DNA from: Takakia lepidozioides
Lineage: Eukaryota; Plantae; Bryophyta
Length of the DNA stretch: 64,000 nt
Direction: 5' to 3'
Assembly: GCA_030704615.1 (NCBI GenBank)
Contig: CM060731.1
Span: forward strand, 54,250,001-54,314,000
The position numbers and the translations under genes are program-made. The notes under the pieces are model-generated. The model saw nothing but the letters and a program-made list of their open reading frames with translations. It had not been told where the DNA came from and made no database searches. Below, in pieces: positions 47,781-59,500 of the stretch. Every line of letters starts with the position of its first letter. Within the stretch, counting starts at the first letter, position 1.

Positions 47781-50700
47781 TCAGATGTCACGCACGTTTT
47801 TGTGGTCCAATTTGGTTTTCATCCTCCGCTCTCTGCTACGCCCCGCTATTGGGGATACTATGCCGATTGGAAAATCACCAGCAGCCGGCGTGAATGTGTC
47901 AGGCTCGGAATCATCAGCAATAGTGATTGATTCTGTCTCTATGGCTTGCTTATTCTGTACTTCCAGATTATTGCTTCCAACACCAACATCTCTGAGACTC
48001 TCCACAATCGGACTCCCAAAAACCACAGTCTCCACAACCCTATCCAAGTCCTCCATATTGGTCTCGTCATTGAGCCACGTGTCCTCATTACCCTCATTAT
48101 TACCCTCATCAGCCTCGTGAACTGCCTGCTCAACATGGTAATCTTTTTTTATTTCCTCAACTGTCTCGTTGTTGTCAGGACCACCAGCTGATCCAACTGT
48201 TTCAAGCTTTTCAGCCTTCTGTTGTTCAACGTCATTATCATCCTCCTCCGGATGCTTGTCCTCAGTGGACTCGTCCGAGCTCCCACCACTCTCTTGACCA
48301 TCAATGCCATCTTCTAATTCCTCATCAGCATGTGGTTCTTCCTCAATTTCCTCTTTGTCCGCAGCATCCACTTCGTCCTCAGTGTCCTCATCCTCATCAG
48401 AGACCTCCGCAACCTTGTTTGTGTCAGAGGCACCGTCATGTTTTTCGGCATCTCTTTCTTCCTGAAACTTTATTCATTTCTCCACTTTGAGGACCTTGAA
48501 TGTTGTCTCCATCTTATCATTGCAATGTTGAACATGGCTCTTCAGGTTTACATTTACGAACTCCGTGTGCTTACAAAAAGAACTGATCACTGTTATTTCC
48601 AAGTCAACAAAATTCAAAGGACGAGATCAATATAATAGTAGTGGCAGTTGACGTCGACATTCATGTCGACGTTTGAGTCGTAACAACGAGGAGGTGATTA
48701 TCCTTAGCTCACCTGAAGATGATAGCTGAGCATAGGACCACCAAATATTTTGAAGGCTGACATCCCCTCTTGACAGAACTGACCGACGAGGATTTCATAA
48801 ACCTGACTCCGTAGCTCGTGCTTGTACACTCTTAGCTCCATTTCTCTGTCACTGAGCTCAATTTATATGCCATGCAGCATGGGTTCCAAGGGCTTCTTGA
48901 AAAGAGTTGTCAGGACGTGTGCGTCTGGGGTCTTGAGCTAGTTCTTTGTTGCAGGAAAGACGTAGTCGAGGCATAACACAGGGCATGCGGAAGCAGCAGA
49001 GGTGGTTGCGTATTTGCGCTCCTCTGATCCAGGGAGGTAGACTCCCTGAAGAAGAATGTACTTCGTGGAACCCCCACCGTACTACACGTAAGAAACAAGA
49101 TTTGATGAGGAAGCTTGGGTTGAGAAGAACACGAATACGTTTGAAAAGACATTGCGCTTCCTAAAGGCAGACAATATGGTGATGTAGTCCTTCCTCTCAA
49201 ACATAAGATCCTCTCTGTCTCCAATTGTGTTCACAAAGACCATACCAATGTTTTGAAATTTCTTCCTGTTGAAGAATGAAAGACGGCTAGCAGCGTTCGA
49301 GAACCTCCTCTTTGCACCCAGCATGACATAGCGGTCCTTGAATGATCGTGTCAGGTCGTCGTTGTAGGTCGCCATCTCCTCAATTTTCTTCTTCCAAGAC
49401 AGTACATAGCTCCTGAATGGCTCCGAGATCAAGGGTGTCACCTTGTTCATATTGGCCTTGTCTGCCAGATATTCCACCGTTATTTTGGACTGCATGGCCT
49501 TAAAAACTGTCTTAGTGATTTTGAGGTCATGTTTCACCTTTGTCCATTCCTCCTTCGTGTACGGTTCTAGATTGCTTTTGGACCGCTCTGCTCCTCCGAG
49601 TACTACCATGATGTCATCAACCACAAACCTTCGTGTTTTCATGTAATCAATGTAGTTGTTCATGCTCCTCAAGATTTGATCCTTACCCTTATATGGATTT
49701 CTAATGCTCACCCTCAAGTCCAGGATCCTCTGTGCCACCTTCTTGATCTGTCGCTGGTTAAGCCCTTGAAGCTTTTGGATAGCCGACTTGGTCAATGGAA
49801 CCTGCTCAGAGTTGCATACAATCCCCATAGCATCAATGAGCTCCCCCTTGTCCCACTTTCGAAACACAGTCTCCCACAACTCCCAGACGTCCTCATCAAC
49901 ATGGACCAATGCCAACGCTTCTTTCAAGGAGCTCTTCTCCAGTGTAACCAGTGCCGCTTGCATAAACTCCTGGGATGAAGAGCACATTTATTTTCAGACC
50001 CAACAAATTATCAGTGAGGGAATTCCAAAATCCCTATCTAGATACTAGTATGTACATAAATGAAGAAAAAGACTATTAGAAGAATGTTTACCTTCCACAA
50101 GCCAGTCTCGTTCTTTTTTGCATTATCATTGTATTTCGGCGGCTTCCCAATTGATGCATAAAAGCTTCTTAGGTGACCCAATTTCTCGCTAAAAGTCGTG
50201 TCAAACTTTTGTGCTTTGTTCGGATTATTTAGAAGCTTGGAGAGCTTCACCAGTTGCAAGTGCTCTTTTGACCACACAATCCTGGCCGGCCATTCTCCAA
50301 AGTAGTTGCGAGCTGCTCGTCTGTATCCAAATCCTCAACAAGTTCCCACAGACACAATTCCATGTTGTAAAGATTTAATTCATTCGACGTCGACATTGAT
50401 GTCGACGTTCAATTGACTCGACGGTATCCTACTTCATTCTAATAGACGTCCATAGCATATAACGTCAATTTCAAATCTACTTGTTGAATTCTAGAGTCAA
50501 GAGACATAGATCTGGTTAGTGAGTACCTTGGCAGCCACGATTGTATGTTGCCCTCTGATAATGAAAAATTTCGTTGAAGCATCGTCGATCTCCGCTGATC
50601 TCGTTGGTATCTTCTCACACACATCGTCCTTGTTCTCTTGATCAATTGGAGTGAGGTATACTGGATGTTGGGCTTGCAGGAGTCTGGTTTTGACCTCATC

Positions 50701-51475
50701 CTTAAACCATATGTTTAGGAGGAGAATTCATCCGCGATATCGGTATTTTGAAAGTTCTACTAAAACCGAATGGAAACATGTCTCCGTAGTATTCTACTAG
50801 ATTTTTTGTCAGTTCTATTGACTTATCATTGTCGTAAATGTCGGTTGTCTTAGGTCTCTTTACGTCGGGAGCAAGGGCTGGATCAATGGATTTCTTTGGT
50901 TTCCGCTTCTTTGAGGATGATCCAGCACCTTCCTGATCATGTTTCGTTACAAATGACCCTGCCGTAGACTTACGTCTTCGTCTTGCTGGTGTTTCCGTTC
51001 TTTGTTCCATGTTTTCATTACCGGCTGCTAACAATACATCCTGAAAACGGTCCTAGGAGCGGATAAATGTTTTGGTATCCTGACCGCAGTTGCTGTCTTC
51101 ATTGAACTTGAATCCTTTTTTGATTGATTGTTTCATGAGGATCTTGCGGACAGAGTTTCAGATGTTACGTACCCGAATGTTTTTGGCACCCTTCCATCCT
51201 CAGCAACAAAGATCGCCAGCATTGGAGACTGCATGTTCGTCTGGATTTCCACTTCCTTCACGTATGCGTATTTGAGCTCTGTAACATTGCTTTCCGTCTT
51301 TTACTGAAACCGGAGTTTGTGATCTGGAGGTTCCCCAGCGACTTCAATGCCCCATTCTTTTGCTCTTCAATTTGTATATAGCTACATGTTCGGTCATGTA
51401 TCCCGGGGATCTGACAGATAAGAAATCCCCACAAATGTCTGCAGACATTCCGGTTGGCAATCTCGGGGCTGAGAA
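47781..51475 (-). pseudogene. Multi-exon gene relic: basic NLS-like region, ParB/Srx-like domain, helical linker, beta-class DNA MTase-like fold, acidic tail
   Basis: Approximate exons 51475-50527, 50345-50092, 49969-48713 and 48570-47781. Motifs FFIIRGQHTIVAAK, WPARIVWS..LVKLSKLLN, IGMVFVN and HELRSQVYEILVGQFCQEGMSAFKIFGG. In-frame stops and frameshifts. Domain calls rest on motif recognition only. Confidence 0.55.
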
Positions 51476-53264
51476 CTGCAAAAAAGCCATATGTCCAATA
51501 TTTGATCAGGAAAACACCTCAACATTAATGTTGACGCTAGAAAATGTTTATGATGTGACCATGATATTTAATCACATTATCTTTTCCACATACAATGAAA
51601 GACAAACCAAATCCCACAAGGTTTGTAAGCTCAAACACATTAAAAAATCTTTGTAAATATCCATCTTTTATTCACATCAGAGAGCAACTGAGATTTACAA
51701 CACATTACTCAACAATGAGACAACATTACTCAAATGTCCAGAGACCAGTGTCTTCATCACAATAGATTCGGCCTAACCAAACAAGTTCCAAAAGAGGACT
51801 CCTCTTTTGATCTTGACCTTGAGTTCCCGACAGCCCAAGAATCTCGGCATAGACGTTGTCCATGGGTAGCTCATATTCTTCGGGGTATGACGTGCGTGGA
51901 ACGTAAGTCTCTGGACTGTATGTTTCTGGAACATATGTAAGGTAGAATAACATGTATTCATATGGACGTTGGATATTTCGTTGAGAGAAAGAAATGTATT
52001 GTGGTGAGGTTGACATGTATTCAGGGAGGAACGGATAATATCCAGGCGAGTCTGCTGCCTCTAACCGGATTGAGAATAGGCATTCAGGTGGTTCAATGAG
52101 GTCCGGAAGCTCGTATTTGGGAGTTCCGAGAATTGGGTAGAACTCGATGAGTATTCGATCGTTTCATCATTTCCAAAATAATCACTCCTACACAACCACC
52201 TATGAACTGCCTCAGTTCATTGAAACACAAAATCTTATTGATCCTACTTTCCAAAGAATTGTTCTAAATTGACTCGACCTCGACATGAATGTCGACGTCC
52301 ATTCGGAGGAGACAAGGGATACTATTTTTGGAACATTTCTTCTGCTACCTATGTCGAATTCAGTACGATCCTAAGCAAGGGACAGAAGAGATTTTACATC
52401 AGGTCTAATGAACGTCGACGCAAAATGTCGAGGTTCCAGATAAATATGTCAAGAAATAGTGGGACATTTCGCCACGAAGACGCTAATGTAAAATCCTCAC
52501 CCAACCTAGCCTACCGCATCTTACCTTAGTACAAGAATCCAAATTGACCTCAGTGAAACTCAATCTCATGAAAACCGAACCTAACCCAACCTCTTTGAAC
52601 CGCATTTCCAACCTACCTGACCTCATTAAACTCCACAACGTCAACACTCATGTCGATGTTCCTGACATTAGCTTTTCATGATTACGTGAACCAGGAAGTT
52701 GTTTGCTATATTTCTAGACATTCTAGACTTTCTAACAATTAATGTCGACGTTCTACGATTCACTATCGATCGTGTACGCATATGGTCTTATAATTTGTTG
52801 TCTCATATTTGGGAATTTGGAATGGTTACAAGTAGTGTTTCCATGGTACACGTTTAATTCATTTCCTATGCATTGTTTATGCATGTGCATAACATACATT
52901 ATGCAGCAGAATTCGAAATACGATTTGAAAGTTTGGGGCTTTTGCATTTGGTATTACAGTTTTGGATCTATGGCTTGAGCCAAGTTAAGACAAGAAAGAC
53001 AATAGAAATCAAGGGAAACAAGACAACACAATGAATTAATAAGTTTGCAATTTTACCTGCTACGGGAGTGTCTTCGAGGCTTCCAAATAAATGCTTCAAA
53101 TGCCCTCTATCCACTTCCACAAATACATCTATTAGCTTGAAAGATATAAAAAGAGATCTAATAAAGACAATGAAAAACAAGGTAACCAATATGGTGATAA
53201 TGACACGAACTTCTGATTGGCTCTAGTCTACTATACCAAAGCCATTAGAAGACCTGAAAATAAC

Positions 53265-53865
53265 TAGGGGCAGGAAGCCCGAACAACAAATAGAAGCTCA
53301 CAGGGAAAGGAAGATTGCAATTGCCGCAACCTGAAGATAATAAATTCCTTAATCTAATTTAATCCCTTGCCTCTCTCCCCTCTCCCTCCTTCTCTATCTC
53401 TTAGGACGGGAAGCCCGAACAGCAAATAGCTAGGAGGAAAGGAGATGCAATTGTCATTTTGTTGACAACTTTAAGACAATATTCAGTTTTCAATGCCTTA
53501 CCATCTCTCCCCTCTCTCTCTCATTCTCTCTCTCTTAGGGCAAGAACCCCAACAGCAAACACAAGGTGAAGGAAAGTGAGATTGAAAAATAACCTAAAAA
53601 CATGCATTGTTCCATTGCTCTGCTCTCTCATCTTCCTCATTCTCTCTCTTAGGCTAGAAACCCACCTCTGAAGTGATGCCCCACTCCTCCCTATGCACCA
53701 GCCCGCCACTCCACCGCTCCAAGCTCTGTCCCCTTTCTCGCACCTCTCGACTCGCAGCAGCTTCAACGTCTCTGCTCGCAGCAGAGGTGGTGGCTGAAGA
53801 GTTAGGGCAACCCCCCTCCGTTGGATCTGGGAGTTAGGGCAAACCCCCCTCCATTGGATCTGGGC
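53265..53865. repeat. Tandem repeats (about 135-bp unit x3 plus a partial, then a 32-bp unit x2) next to the gap
   Basis: TAGG..GAA(G/C)CCC..AACA(A/G)CAAA..GGAAAG at 53265, 53402 and 53536, with a partial copy at 53650. GAGTTAGGGCAA.CCCCCTCC.TTGGATCTGG occurs twice at about 53799-53863. Confidence 0.7.
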
Positions 53866-53887
53866 TAGATCCAACGGCATCAGCTAA

Positions 53888-54387
53888 NNNNNNNNNNNNN
53901 NNNNNNNNNNNNNNNNNNNNNNNNNNNNNNNNNNNNNNNNNNNNNNNNNNNNNNNNNNNNNNNNNNNNNNNNNNNNNNNNNNNNNNNNNNNNNNNNNNNN
54001 NNNNNNNNNNNNNNNNNNNNNNNNNNNNNNNNNNNNNNNNNNNNNNNNNNNNNNNNNNNNNNNNNNNNNNNNNNNNNNNNNNNNNNNNNNNNNNNNNNNN
54101 NNNNNNNNNNNNNNNNNNNNNNNNNNNNNNNNNNNNNNNNNNNNNNNNNNNNNNNNNNNNNNNNNNNNNNNNNNNNNNNNNNNNNNNNNNNNNNNNNNNN
54201 NNNNNNNNNNNNNNNNNNNNNNNNNNNNNNNNNNNNNNNNNNNNNNNNNNNNNNNNNNNNNNNNNNNNNNNNNNNNNNNNNNNNNNNNNNNNNNNNNNNN
54301 NNNNNNNNNNNNNNNNNNNNNNNNNNNNNNNNNNNNNNNNNNNNNNNNNNNNNNNNNNNNNNNNNNNNNNNNNNNNNNNNNNNNNNN
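53888..54387. other. Assembly gap (500 N)
   Basis: Run of N. Confidence 1.
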
Positions 54388-55258
54388 GAAATGGGGACTA
54401 GACTTTGTTGGACCAATTAACCCACCAGCCAAGAATACACAGAACAGGTATATAATTACAGCCACTGATTATACTACGAAGTGGGTGGAAGCTTAAGCTT
54501 TGAGGGACAACACAGCCAAGTCCACAGCAAGGTTTCTGTATGAGAACATACTTACACGATTAGGCTGTCCCTTGGAATTTATCAGTGATCAGGGAAGTCA
54601 CTTCATTAATGAGACCATTGAATTGTTGACTAAAGAGTTCATGATTGTGCATAGGAAGAGTACAACATATTACCCACAGGGTAATGGCAGGCAAAGGCTA
54701 CCAACAAAATACTATGTACTATCTTGGCTAAGATAGTCAATGCAAACATAATGGATTGGGATACAAAGCTGCTGACAGCTTTGTGGTCATATAGGACTTC
54801 ATATAAAGTCACCACTAAGTATACACCATTCCAATTATTTTATGGTATGGAAGCCTCACTTCCAGTGGAATTCCTGTTACCTACCATGAGAACGGAATGG
54901 GGAAAGAGAATGGAATTGCAAGATCCTATTAAGGTCAGGAAACATGAATTATACCATGTGGAAGAAGTACGTGCTGATGCAGCTGATAATATGACCAGAA
55001 TTCAGATGAAGAGAAAGGAACAGTTTGATGAAGGCAAGTTAAAGACTTTTAAGACGGGAGATTTGGTTCTATGGTTGCAGAAGAAAGGAAAGATTAAAGC
55101 TTCTAAGCTTAAATCACCATGGAAAGGACCTTATGTCATACAAAAGATGTATGATAACAACACCGCCATGTTACAAACCATTAACAAAGAGATGCTGGGA
55201 AGAGTCAATGCTAATAAGTTGAAGGGGTACAGTGGTATCCATGACAAACCATTGCAGC
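54388..55258 (+). mobile_element. Ty3/gypsy integrase fragment; inverted paralogue of 61062-61926
   Basis: [35 protein letters not shown] and WKGPY. Near-identical to the minus-strand integrase, with scattered substitutions, a stop and a frameshift. Confidence 0.9.
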
Positions 55259-55424
55259 TTGCATGTTTGTCGCGCGGTTCGCTATCCGAGGCGGAAACTC
55301 CAAGATAGAAGAGTTGGAAATCTCTAAGTACTGCAGAACAATCAGTCATGACCTACAGCTAGTGTATCATGGGGGTGTTTCCTATTTGTTTCCCTTTCCG
55401 CATTCATCTTAGCTACCTTACCAT

Positions 55425-55860
55425 TGATAATTAAGTATCAGTTTGCTTCATCAATCTATCGGTTTCCTTCACTCTTTCATTCAATCCACAGCTTCACTCA
55501 GATCTCTCTACACAGTGTGATTGAGTATCAGATTATGATTTATCAGGTATCAGGCCGTCTCTAATCTGTACAGCTTTGGGTGGGGGCCTGATAGAATAAT
55601 GATTCAATTCCCGTTTTTCCCTTTATCTTCCTATCCGCAGTTCTAACCGTTTCCCTCACTAACCGTCGTCTGTGAACTAACATCGCAGGTGTTGTTTCCC
55701 CACAGTCGTTCCCTGTCCTACTCTTCGTTCCTATGATCGTGACAGCTGTGTCAAGCATGTGAAACTGGCTGTGAAGACTGGCTGTGTGGCTCATCAGCAC
55801 GGCACTGTAACGGGCATCTACAAATCCTAATCAGTCTGTGCACTACAGATCTCTAAGGTC
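55425..55860 (-). repeat. Internally deleted copy of the gypsy LTR
   Basis: Direct repeat of 55869-56544 (TGATAATTAAGTATCAGTTTGCTTCATC...; CCCTCACTAACCGTCGTCTGTGAACTAACAT) with deletions. Confidence 0.75.
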
Positions 55861-55868
55861 CTTACCAT

Positions 55869-56544
55869 TGATAATTAAGTATCAGTTTGCTTCATCAATC
55901 TATCGGTTCCTTCACTCTCCATTCAATCCACAGCTTCACTCAGATCTCTACACAGTGTGATTGTATCGTATAAGTATCAGATTATGATTTATCAGGTATC
56001 AGGCCGAAGCCATTGTGTCTCTAATCTGCTCTACAATATCACTACAGCTTTGCATATAACAAGCATCTACTAATCTCTTTCCTCCTTCACCGTGGCTTCC
56101 GATCTCCGCTCCCGCCTGACTAAGAAGTCCTCCTCGAATATCCCCTCATTCCCCGTTTCCCTTTATCTCCTATCCGCGGTTCTAACCGTTTCCCTCACTA
56201 ACCGTCGTCTGTGAACTAACATGTTCCCTTCACAGGTGTTGTTCCCCACAGTCGTTCCCTGTCCTACTCTTCGTTCCCTATATCGTGACAGCTGGTCAAG
56301 CTGTGAGTGTCTGGCTGTTTGGCTGTGTCCTGTGACATGTGACCCTGTGAATGTGAACTGTGGGCTGTGTTGGCTGTGTGGCTGTGATGTGACGGCTGTG
56401 TCGGCTGTGTTGCTGTGGGCTGTGTAACCCCCTCTACAGTGCGCTGCTGTCACCCCTAAGGCTCCTGTTGGTCTCAGTCTGTGCAAAAATTAAGGGTACC
56501 CTACAGATCCCGTAAGTGTCTAAGTCCCCTACAGTCCTCTAACA
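55869..56544 (-). repeat. 3' LTR of the gypsy element (676 bp)
   Basis: On the minus strand it begins TGTTA, directly after the polypurine tract GAGGGGGAAGGGGTAA (56545-56560), and ends TATCA. Confidence 0.8.
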
Positions 56545-56581
56545 TTACCCCTTCCCCCTCAAAAAGCCGTGTCCTCACGGT

Positions 56582-59500
56582 TTACTGTTTCCGAGTAGCA
56601 AACCTTTGTGAGTGAGCACCTTGTTGACGTTGAGAGTTTCGTGGCGGACTGTGTGTACGAGCCCGAGGTCTGTCTCTGGTTGACGGAGATGGTTGATCAC
56701 TACCTGGATAAGTGAGGCCTCTGGAGGCTGATATCGAGGTAATCTTTCCGGCATAGGAGACCCCTTCGCTTCTTTTCTTCCATCTGAATTGCATAGTCTT
56801 CTCCCATGTCAAAAGAATTTGTGAAGAAACAGTTGTATCAGAATCCTCATCGCCTCTCAGGTGTTTTAATTTTCGAACTTTTTGTGGAATCATCTGGGGC
56901 ATACAATGCTGTCCTACCATGTCTGGAAGTTTGCATTTTACAACTTGGTGTAACCGTGAACAGCAAAATTGGTGTAGACACTGAGCTCCTTGTCTGTCCA
57001 GTGAGTGGGGTACCAATTACTGGTGCAGCGTGCAAGTATTTCCATGCCACATGTCCCTTATAGAAAATGTCATCAAGTCCGAATTTCTGTGTTGACAAAT
57101 GGTTGCAGGCTGCTTGAAACCATGAACGAATTTGAGAATCCTTTGCATCATAACTTTTGGGTCATATAGGTACATATGAGGTGGCACCGAAGGTAATACC
57201 CAATGATCTCCACTGGAGTAACTTTGAAAGCGTGTTTGCATCTTTTGTTGCTCAATGTGGTAACGTACCAGAAAACAAGCAGCGTAGTATAGCCCGCACC
57301 CCATGACAATACTTGCTATCTCCTTGGTCTTGGTATAAATGAGTCCATGTACAACCTGGAAAGCAACCAATTCCCTCAACATGGTACCTGCCTCGTGCCA
57401 GTATTGTGCAAAGTGATGATCTTCAATATGTCGATTGTTTGGAAGAACTTTAGTCCTAGTTGCCACTGGCAGCCAAATACATGATTTGGTAGTAATGTGC
57501 GAATGACTGCGGAGGACTAAATTCTTTCCAAGCCAAATCCAACATGATGGGAATTTGGTTGAAGGGCATAATCATAGCCCTACTGTACTCCCTTGCAGCT
57601 GGAGTTTTAGGTGGGTTAAAAGCGGCATTGCCCCATACCTCCGGCTGTGGTGGCTGTGGTGTGGTTGTAGTAACCACAGGTTCAGCTACTGGTACACTGA
57701 CCTGTTGTGGTGGTGGTGGTACTGGCTCCTGTATCATTGGCATCTCCTGCACCTCCTGTGAAGACTGAAAAGCCAAGTTCTGGCTTGCAAATAAGAAGCC
57801 ATTAGCTGTTCCTGAGGGATATAGACTCTTTGGTCGATGTTTGAAGTGAGGTCTTCCACTTGAGTCTGGAGTCCGTCTACATCCTCTTGTAACTCTGCTA
57901 TCCTACTATAGACATTGTCTATAGTAGTTGTGGCAATGTTCTGCACCTGCAGCCTGAGCTCATTCATCTCGCTTTGGGTGAGCTTCCGTGGGGCTTTGCC
58001 CTCTACTGGCCCTTGTGCTAACCAGACCTGCATAAGGCTGTTATCCACCAAGCTGCTTGTGGTTCCCCTGAGAGTTTGCTCCTCTCTTAGCTTGTACAAT
58101 TCCAACTGCTGTTGTAAAGCCTCCATGCGCTTCGCCTGTGGCTCAACCAATTGCGCATAGGCAGCAAGTAGATTATTGGCTTCCTTCCAAGCCTTGTTAC
58201 TGACCGCGATTTCATTTCTATTGGCCACGATGGTTTGTTGCAACTCCACGATGTGTTTCTCTTGATCAGCTTCCATCTGCCTGTATTGCTTGAAAGTATC
58301 TTCATTGCGACAGATTGTATTCTTCATATCGACAATGAGCTTCATTTGCTCAACATTCTCTTCTTCTGCCTTCGTACATTTTTCCGCTTGACTGTTTATT
58401 TTTTGTTGATTGGTCAAGCATAGTTGTAAATGTAGCACATTGTATCGCCATCCTGTTATGCACTGTCTGCAACTCCGTATGTAGTGCATTCAGTTCTTGC
58501 AACTTGCTTTCATGCTGCACCTGCATTTGGTATAGCTGTTGCTTATGTGCTTCGTGCAACTGGTCTTGCGCGAGGCCTGCCTCAATCAATTGTTGCTTGG
58601 CCAATTGCAAAGCCATTTCTGTATTGCCAAGTCCTGCTTCATCTTGAGAGTGACCTCTTCATCGACCTTGTTTGCACACTCAGTGGCAAGTCGAGCCTCA
58701 AACTCCTTCCTGAGTTCCTCTTTCAAGGCTGTCAATTGGGTAATTGGAACATGGGATTTGACATAAGTCCCCAACAAATTAAGTGTCCTGCCTATGGAAC
58801 TCATCAGCATTGCCTGTTGAGGGTCATCATGGTGAGGTTGCTGCTGTTCCTCCTGATCTTCAACAGTATGATGTCTCACTAACCATTCAGGCCATTGTCC
58901 CACCGGATTTTCTTCCTGAACTACTTCATCTATGACCGGTGCTACAGTGTCATGACCTTCCGCCTGTGGTACCTCCGACACAGGTGTGTGCATTATATGC
59001 ACCTCAGGATTTCCCTTGGGCAACTGTTGCACCTCTGGGATTTCTGTCTCCTTGACCAGACCAGAATATTCATAGAGAAGGTCCCCTTTCTCTATTTCTG
59101 CCACTATCTGTTCTGTAGTTGGAATATCTATCCCTTCACTTTCCAAATCAATTATTTCGGGTTGAGCTGCATGGATAACTTGTGACCTTGTGACAAGTCG
59201 TTCAAGTGGCTGTGTTGGTTGTGATGCAGAAGTAACTTCCTCCTCCCTCTCTGAAGGTCCTGCTTCCAGTAATAGCATTTTTGTGCTGCTGTGCCCCTTC
59301 CTGGCCATGAGCTTGGGAAACATTATCATGCGGAATCCGTGAAGCCAGTGGATCCGCCACTACAGTCTTTCCCCTCTGCCTCTTAGTCTCGGGTTGTGCT
59401 GCTAGTCCACCCTCACTGTGTGAAGAGCCTTGCTCTTCCATTGCAGTTGTTTCTGGCTCAAACACTCCCATTTCCTTCCTTTCTTGTGCATTAAGTATGC

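Larger units (their letters stand above)
44759..52751. repeat. Dispersed 22-bp palindrome family AC(C/G)TCGACAT-NN-ATGTCGA(G/C)GT
   Basis: Copies at 44759, 46035, 47048, 48651, 50387, 51516, 52277, 52412 and 52638, plus a half-site at 52742. I did not see it elsewhere in the window. Confidence 0.9.

Noticed and set aside
44759-52751. CRISPR-like interpretation of the repeated palindrome
   Set aside because: Spacing is irregular (100 to over 1700 bp) with exons in between, there are no cas genes, and the context is eukaryotic.
41100-53887. Endogenous giant virus or Polinton interpretation of the cassette
   Set aside because: No capsid, packaging ATPase, polB or other viral core motif was recognised, and the genes have spliceosomal introns.
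53880-54465. ORFs 53880..54416 and 53884..54465
   Set aside because: Artefacts of the N gap.
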